A stretch of 64,000 nucleotides of DNA from an uncultured bacterium (GTDB taxonomy: Bacteria > Patescibacteriota > Minisyncoccia > Phycocordibacterales > GCA-2401445): the NCBI GenBank assembly GCA_937952265.1, contig CALFYW010000055.1:58478-122477 (forward strand), given 5' to 3'. The notes beneath the pieces were generated by a model. It was not told the origin of the DNA. It worked only from the letters and a program-made list of their open reading frames with translations, and ran no database searches. A program made the translations under genes and the position numbers. Of the stretch, positions 58,661 to 64,000 are shown one piece after another. The stretch's first letter is position 1; the number at the start of each line of letters is the position of its first letter.

Positions 58661-58918
58661 TTATGCAATAGGAGCAACTGAAAGAGGAGTAGCTTGTAAG
58701 AGAGATTTTTTTGGAATAATTAATCCAGTCATATAGGGTGATGCGCCAGTACTCTTGCTCCATACGAGTCCCACGTCAATAAAATCGGAAGTCATTGCAG
58801 CTAGTCGACCAAGTGTCTTCTGTGGTAGCGGTGGTGAAAGGGGGTTTGCGGTATACGAAAAAGAAGCATCTTCATATTCAAAAAGATAATAACGACCTAC
58901 CTGTAATGTTGATTCCAT
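58661..58918 (-). CDS. Small Sm/Hfq-like protein A
   Basis: FEYED...LGRLAAMTSDFIDV...IPKKSL; TATACT 8 nt before ATG. Confidence 0.6.
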   Translation of the reverse strand: MESTLQVGRYYLFEYEDASFSYTANPLSPPLPQKTLGRLAAMTSDFIDVGLVWSKSTGASPYMTGLIIPKKSLLQATPLSVAPIA

Positions 58919-58933
58919 ACATGGCTAGTATAT

Positions 58934-58978
58934 AAAAAAAGTACACACCACTCAATCAACAGAACAGAGTGGTGTGTA
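58934..58978 (-). terminator. Rho-independent terminator
   Basis: 12-bp stem TACACACCACTC/GAGTGGTGTGTA followed by T7 on minus strand. Confidence 0.75.
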
Positions 58979-59006
58979 TCATGGCTACTACCAATTACGG
59001 TGTACC

Positions 59007-59201
59007 CTACTTTCCTTTCGGAAAGAGTTTTACACCACGGACCGGAGTTCTGTTTGCCCAAGAGGGAGCTGACTTAAAAAACCCACGGTCTGATCCACTT
59101 CTGGCTCCAGAATCGGTGTGGGCATCATGGTGCGCACGAGCTGTTTCTCTGCTCGATGAACCAGTATCTCGAGCGGCATCCTTTTCTGTATACTTACTCA
59201 T
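59007..59201 (-). CDS. Small basic hypothetical protein (64 aa)
   Basis: MSKYTEKDAARDTGSSSRETARAHHDAH; GAGGT upstream and own terminator. Confidence 0.6.
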   Translation of the reverse strand: MSKYTEKDAARDTGSSSRETARAHHDAHTDSGARSGSDRGFFKSAPSWANRTPVRGVKLFPKGK

Positions 59202-59386
59202 TATAACCTCAGCTTGTTGATGGTTGAGATATTGTCGTCATCCAAGTACTGAATGATCCCTTCCTCATCTGAGGATCCCATGGTCATTATATCGTAGTAG
59301 ATGTTCTTTGAGCCAAGATAGAGCCCTATGGGGACGATCCCGCAGTTACTAATTATTTTGCTCCATGTATTCTCAAAATAATAAGT

Positions 59387-59436
59387 TCACACGATCAAAA
59401 AGCACTAGCAAAGGCTAGTGCTTTTTGATCGTGTGA
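59387..59436. repeat. Perfect 23-bp inverted repeat overlapping the tRNA-Glu 3' end
   Basis: TCACACGATCAAAAAGCACTAGC-aaag-GCTAGTGCTTTTTGATCGTGTGA. Confidence 0.9.
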
Positions 59437-59505
59437 CCCTACGGGGAATCGAACCCCGATTACCGGCTTGAGAAGCCGATGTCCTAACCGTTAGACGATA
59501 GGGCC
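59434..59505 (-). tRNA. tRNA-Glu (CTC), CCA not encoded
   Basis: GGCCCTA..GTCTAACGGTTAGGAC..TCGGC TT CTC AA GCCGG..CGGGGTTCGATTCCCCG TAGGGTC A. Confidence 0.96.
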
Positions 59506-59579
59506 TTTGCTATATATGAATCTTTTTTACTCGCAATATTGGCAAGTATATGGTAGGAAAGAGCAAAGGGCAATAGGAA

Positions 59580-60104
59580 ATGAAAAAGCATATTGTATCC
59601 AAAAAATTTTTCTTAAGCGACGATACTGTGGTTGTCGCTCACTCCCTTATTGGGAAGTTTTTGGTTTCTGAGTTGGGACAAGAAAGGGAAGCTTATATGA
59701 TTACTGAGGTTGAAGCGTATGATGGGTTCCACGACCGAGCATCCCATGCGTATCGAGGAAAGACTCCACGCAATAGCATTATGTTTGGTGCGGCGGGATA
59801 CTGGTATGTATATCTAGTGTATGGAATGCATCATATGCTCAATGTTGTTACGGGAAGTGTTGGGTACCCGGGAGCAGTTTTGATTCGAGGTCTTGCGGAA
59901 ATGAATGGGCCAGCGCGACTCACCAAAAAGCTTAGTATTACCCGTGCAATGAATGGTACCCGTGTGGGAAAATCGAGTGGGCTGTGGATTGAAGATCGTG
60001 GAATCCAGATTCCAAATGCACGCATCCAAGCGCTTCCGCGTATTGGAGTGGCGTATGCGGGAGCGCTATGGGCAGGGAAGCGCTATCGGTTTCGGCTTCG
60101 GTAA
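59580..60104 (+). CDS. DNA-3-methyladenine glycosylase (MPG/AAG family)
   Basis: ITEVEAY, DRASHA, YVYLVYGMH, AVLIRG, GPARLT, PRIGV. Confidence 0.93.
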   Translation: MKKHIVSKKFFLSDDTVVVAHSLIGKFLVSELGQEREAYMITEVEAYDGFHDRASHAYRGKTPRNSIMFGAAGYWYVYLVYGMHHMLNVVTGSVGYPGAVLIRGLAEMNGPARLTKKLSITRAMNGTRVGKSSGLWIEDRGIQIPNARIQALPRIGVAYAGALWAGKRYRFRLR

Positions 60105-60120
60105 ATTATGGTGGGGAACG

Positions 60121-60160
60121 AAAAAAGCTCCTGCATGAGAGACGTATATGCAGAAGCTCT
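60121..60160 (-). terminator. Rho-independent terminator
   Basis: GAGCTTCTGCAT...ATGCAGGAGCT followed by T run on minus strand. Confidence 0.7.
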
Positions 60161-60185
60161 TTGTTTATGATTTTTACCTGTTGTG

Positions 60186-60356
60186 TCAGTGTGCTTTCCG
60201 ACACACATGGCGACGGAAGAAACGAGTCTTCGTATGTCGCTCCATCTCGGGCACTCCATCAAGGGGTGGAGTCGGATTCGATTCAGGGCTGAAGGTACCA
60301 CCCCCGATGAGCGGGTGGTGTTTCGGTGGTCGGTAGTAGGATTTATGGTCTCTCAT
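60186..60356 (-). CDS. Small 56-aa protein MRDHKSYYRPPKHHPLIGGG...HVCRKAH (below ORF-track cutoff)
   Basis: Own promoter, GGAG RBS and terminator. Confidence 0.5.
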   Translation of the reverse strand: MRDHKSYYRPPKHHPLIGGGTFSPESNPTPPLDGVPEMERHTKTRFFRRHVCRKAH

Positions 60357-60376
60357 AATACTAGCTCCAAGGAAGA

Positions 60377-60405
60377 ATATTACGCTTGTTATCCCTACTT
60401 GTCAA
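60377..60405 (-). promoter_or_regulatory. Sigma70 promoter
   Basis: TTGACA-17 nt-TAATAT on minus strand. Confidence 0.6.
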
Positions 60406-60436
60406 GCAGGGGACTTTTGAGCAAGTTGTGGATAAC

Positions 60437-60889
60437 TTATCCGAGCTCTGCTTCAACAACTTTTCTTACCAATGTGCCGTCGGCCTTATTGGCAACCTCT
60501 TTCATCACTGCGCCTATGAGCATTCCCATTTTGGTTTTGTCCGTAATGCCTAAGCTTTCTTTTTTTTCTTTTACGATAGCGGTAATTTCAGCTTCGCTCA
60601 TCTGGGGAGGTAAGTAGGTGAGAAGGAGCGCTTGCTCTCGTGCTTCTTTTTCCGCGAGTTCTTTTCGATTTCCGCGGTTAAATTGGTCAATTGCATCCTG
60701 GCGTTGCTTAACCGCACGCCGAATTACCTCAAGGGCTTCATCGTCATTTAATTGTCCATCGGGCTTTTTCCCTTTCTCAACGAGGGCGTTGGTAAAGGCA
60801 GAAAGCATTCCTCGAAGTACTGAAAGTTTTTCGGTATCACGACTTCTGAGTGCATCCTGGATTTCTTTCTTTATTTGTTCATGAATCAT
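60437..60889 (-). CDS. GatB/YqeY domain protein
   Basis: KQRQDAIDQF, E..LL.YLPPQMS, ADG..V; start reassigned to 60889. Confidence 0.92.
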   Translation of the reverse strand: MIHEQIKKEIQDALRSRDTEKLSVLRGMLSAFTNALVEKGKKPDGQLNDDEALEVIRRAVKQRQDAIDQFNRGNRKELAEKEAREQALLLTYLPPQMSEAEITAIVKEKKESLGITDKTKMGMLIGAVMKEVANKADGTLVRKVVEAELG

Positions 60890-60963
60890 ACCTGATAAGA
60901 TAGCATAAAAAGATGATGGGCTCCAGCTTGATTGAAATTTCGCTTCGAGTATATAATAGTGGT

Positions 60964-61671
60964 ATGGAAAAAGAACCTTCAGTTTTTTTCTCGAGTCTTT
61001 TTGAACAGAGAAAGACCGTGGATACATTATTGGAAGAAAGTAGGACTGATGAAGATTTTTATATCTTCCTTTCTTTTGCATCATTTATTACAACGTTAGG
61101 TCTTTTGCTTGATAATGCGGTCATTGTGATCGCCGCAATGCTCATCGCGCCGCTACTGTTTCCTATTCTTGCGCTTGGTATGGGTATTGTTACCTCAAGT
61201 CGTTTCGCAATACAGCGTTCATTCACGGTGCTCTTGAAGTCGATTGCGGTTATTCTTGGAATTTCTGCCATTACCGCATTTCTCGTCTCTGGAAGCTATG
61301 ACACCTACGGCGGGAATCAGATTGTGATTGCGAGTACTCCAGATATTATCTTTTTCCTCGCTGCTTTTTTGGCGGGATGTATTGCCGCTTATACGTGGGT
61401 TCGACAGAATGTTTCCGCAAGTCTCCCAAGTGTCGCAATGACGGTCTCGCTCGTAACCCCTTTAGCTACGGTTGGGATTGCGGTTTCCATACTTTCTCGC
61501 GAGATGTTTACTGGCGCGCTTATGCTTTTCTTGCTCAATCTTCTTGCCATCGTCGTATCAAGCACTATCATTTTTTCACTTTTTGGATTTTCTCGATTGC
61601 AAAAGTGGCAGGATAAAAAAATAGAAGAGGAAAAGAAGGAAGAAGAAAATATACCACAAGAATCAGTATAG
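60964..61671 (+). CDS. DUF389 / TIGR00341 membrane protein
   Basis: GLLLDNAVIVIAAMLIAPLL.PI, LPSVAMTVSLVTPL. Confidence 0.88.
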   Translation: MEKEPSVFFSSLFEQRKTVDTLLEESRTDEDFYIFLSFASFITTLGLLLDNAVIVIAAMLIAPLLFPILALGMGIVTSSRFAIQRSFTVLLKSIAVILGISAITAFLVSGSYDTYGGNQIVIASTPDIIFFLAAFLAGCIAAYTWVRQNVSASLPSVAMTVSLVTPLATVGIAVSILSREMFTGALMLFLLNLLAIVVSSTIIFSLFGFSRLQKWQDKKIEEEKKEEENIPQESV

Positions 61672-61739
61672 TCTTTCGCGGGGTTTAGTAACCAGGTTTC
61701 AGGCCTCAGTGGGAGTAGTGAGATATTCGTTTTTTATGC

Positions 61740-64000
61740 ATGAGTCGCGAATCTTTATTTGAAAAAAAATGGTATCAGGAGACCTTGGGTCACGTCGAAG
61801 CCGCGTTTAATACGTCGGGGAATCATGGTCTCTCAACTCAAGAGGCAGAAAAGCGTCTACAAAAAAAAGGGTTAAATGTACTTCGAGAAAAACATGAGTT
61901 TTCGTGGTGGGTAAAAATATATCGGGAATTAAAGAATCCGCTGGTTATTATTCTTTTGGTCGCGAGCCTGCTCACGTTGTTTTTAGGTGAATACCTTGAC
62001 GCCGCACTCATTTTTATTGCCGTTGGGGTTAATGTGGTGATCAGTCTTTTTCAAGGAGAACGCGCGTCACACGCGTTTGCTCGGCTCAATGCTTCACAGG
62101 AGAAGTATGCAATGGTCATACGCGACGGGAAGCGTTTGCGCATCCATGCCGAATATATCACTGAGGGTGATTTGGTAGTGGTAGAGGCGGGGCAGTATAT
62201 TCCAGCAGACCTTCGGTTAGTAACTGAAAAAAATTTAACCGTAAATGAAGCAGCGCTTACTGGGGAGTGGGTGGAAGTATCGAAAGATACCCAAGTACGC
62301 GCTGGTAATGTGCCGCTTGCGGAACAGTCTAATATGGTCTGGCGAGGAACTTTTGCGGTGAGTGGTTATGCAACCGGTATCACGACCGCAACCGGTATTA
62401 AGACCGAAATAGGAAAAATCGCAGAAAGCTTAGGAAATGTGCGGGAGCGGCTTACCCCAATCCAGCTTAATATTCGGAATGTTGCACGTTTTTTGGTGTG
62501 GGTCATGGTGGTATCTGTTCTCCTCGTGCTTGTATTTGGGGTTATTCGTGATCAGAGTCTAATTAATCTTATACGGCTTGGGGTGGCAATTGCAGTCGCG
62601 GTAGTGCCTGAAGGGCTCCCTGCGGCGGTTACGGTGGTGTTGGCGCTCGGTATGGAGAAGATTCTTCAACGTGGCGGCTTAGTAAAAAGTCTACTCGCCG
62701 CGGAAACGTTAGGGAGTACCACGATTATCTTAACGGATAAAACCGGCACCTTAACGCAGGGAAACATGAAGGTCTCCGGAATCTTTGATGGAGCTTCTTT
62801 GCAGAAAAAAGACCATCACCCAGATGAGAATCTTGCATTGCTTGAAACGGCGATCCTTGCTTCTGACGCGTTTGTTGAAGCGGGGACCATAAAGAATGGA
62901 GAGGAACTCGACGGAGTGGTGGTGCATGGTAGGCCGATTGAACGTGCGATCATTCGTGAAGGGCTTTCAAAAGGAATTACGCAAGATATGCTTCGTGAGA
63001 ATAAACCGCAAGTCGATTTTCTCGCGTTTGAATCTCGGCGCCCCTTTGCGGCTTCGCTTACCAAGCGTGGTAAGGGAATGTATCTTGCGATTTCAGGTTC
63101 TCCAGAATTCTTATTATCACATGCGGGGCATTACCAGGCGCATCATCGGCGTGTGAAAATTACTGAAAGAGCTCGAAAATCATTTGAAGAGTTCCAGAAG
63201 AAAGAGAGTCGTACGGGAAGGCGCTTGATCGGAATCGCGTATAAGCGGGTCTCATGGAAGGAGATCCCTGAAGCACATACTAAAGAGAAGGTTGAAGAAT
63301 TGCTTGAAGGGATTGTATTCATGGGATTTATTGCGTTTAGTGATACGATCCGGAAGGATGTGCCGGATTCGATCCGGCTCGCGAGAAGTGCGGGAGCTCG
63401 AGTATTAATGCTTACCGGAGATAATCCCGAAACAGCACGTACCATTGCAGAAGAGGTGGGTATTGTGCGTTCTGGAGAAGCTCCTCATGTCCTCACGGGC
63501 GCTGATCTCGAAAAGCTCTCCGATAAAGAGCTTTTCCAATCTCTTAAGACGACGAATGTTTTTGCCCGAGTACTTCCTGCTCAGAAATTGCGTATTTCGC
63601 ATGTATTAAAAAATCACGGAGAAGTGGTTGCGATGACGGGTGATGGGATCAATGACGCACCAGCATTACGCAGCGCGGATATTGGGATTGCGGTGGGAAG
63701 CGGGACCGATGTCGCGAAAGAGTCGGCAGATCTCGTGCTTTTGCACGACAGTTTTTCTGTCATTGTGTATGCGATCGAAGAAGGAAGGAGAATCATTGAT
63801 AACCTAAAGAAAATTCTTGCATTTCTGCTCTCTACGAGCTTTGGGGAGATTTACGTTGTGATCGGCGCTTTTTTGATTGGCGGACCACTGCCAATACTTC
63901 CTACCCAGATTTTATGGATCAATATTGTTGGAGGGGGATTAATTAGTTTTGGCTTTGCGTTTGAAGAGAAAGAACCCGACATTATGAAGCGAAGTCCTCG
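61740..64000 (+). CDS. Cation-transporting P-type ATPase (type IIA-like), truncated by window end
   Basis: Manually read: GLS..EAEKRL, LTGE, VPEGLP, DKTGT, MLTGD, MTGDGINDAP. Confidence 0.93.
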   Translation, partial: MSRESLFEKKWYQETLGHVEAAFNTSGNHGLSTQEAEKRLQKKGLNVLREKHEFSWWVKIYRELKNPLVIILLVASLLTLFLGEYLDAALIFIAVGVNVVISLFQGERASHAFARLNASQEKYAMVIRDGKRLRIHAEYITEGDLVVVEAGQYIPADLRLVTEKNLTVNEAALTGEWVEVSKDTQVRAGNVPLAEQSNMVWRGTFAVSGYATGITTATGIKTEIGKIAESLGNVRERLTPIQLNIRNVARFLVWVMVVSVLLVLVFGVIRDQSLINLIRLGVAIAVAVVPEGLPAAVTVVLALGMEKILQRGGLVKSLLAAETLGSTTIILTDKTGTLTQGNMKVSGIFDGASLQKKDHHPDENLALLETAILASDAFVEAGTIKNGEELDGVVVHGRPIERAIIREGLSKGITQDMLRENKPQVDFLAFESRRPFAASLTKRGKGMYLAISGSPEFLLSHAGHYQAHHRRVKITERARKSFEEFQKKESRTGRRLIGIAYKRVSWKEIPEAHTKEKVEELLEGIVFMGFIAFSDTIRKDVPDSIRLARSAGARVLMLTGDNPETARTIAEEVGIVRSGEAPHVLTGADLEKLSDKELFQSLKTTNVFARVLPAQKLRISHVLKNHGEVVAMTGDGINDAPALRSADIGIAVGSGTDVAKESADLVLLHDSFSVIVYAIEEGRRIIDNLKKILAFLLSTSFGEIYVVIGAFLIGGPLPILPTQILWINIVGGGLISFGFAFEEKEPDIMKRSP

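Noticed and set aside
34369-64000. Genetic code 25 (UGA=Gly) as in Gracilibacteria/Absconditabacteria
   Set aside because: Housekeeping genes are full length in code 11 and several end in TGA (holB, proS, murF)

Overview
The window has two very different halves that meet at a minus-strand tRNA-Asn(GTT) (34252-34323). The right half (34.4-64 kb) is AT-richer housekeeping chromosome with the gene content and quirks of a Patescibacteria/CPR (Parcubacteria-like) genome. It carries class I LysRS, an HTH-MurA fusion, two mreB, a PriA with degenerate helicase motifs, mraZ-rsmH-ftsL-ftsI-murF and tRNA-Glu, and many genes appear leaderless (-10 box 6-8 nt before the ATG). The left half (1-34.3 kb) is a GC-richer integrative element or island. 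Its large serine recombinase ORF reads antisense into the tRNA and uses the anticodon loop as its stop. Its backbone is the recombinase, a 59-aa protein, a primase-less replicative ATPase with an iteron-like inverted repeat, HTH, RuvC-like nuclease, DUF932, JAB/RadC, PD-(D/E)XK nuclease, SWIM/OB-like protein and a VirD4-like ATPase. The cargo is a Sec-secreted giant Rhs with an upstream secreted partner and orphan toxin/immunity pairs, a helicase + small Zn-finger pair, an HTH/ImmA pair, and a protease cluster (S8 protease plus prodomain-like ORF, two lipoproteins, papain-alpha/beta-hydrolase fusion). From recalled family features the cargo looks Verrucomicrobia-like. The leading hypothesis is a mobile element linking a CPR epibiont with host-type DNA; a chimeric assembly must be excluded. 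A second candidate novelty is an islet at tRNA-Glu with three tandem divergent Sm/Hfq-like small proteins. All family assignments come from motif reading only; no searches were run.
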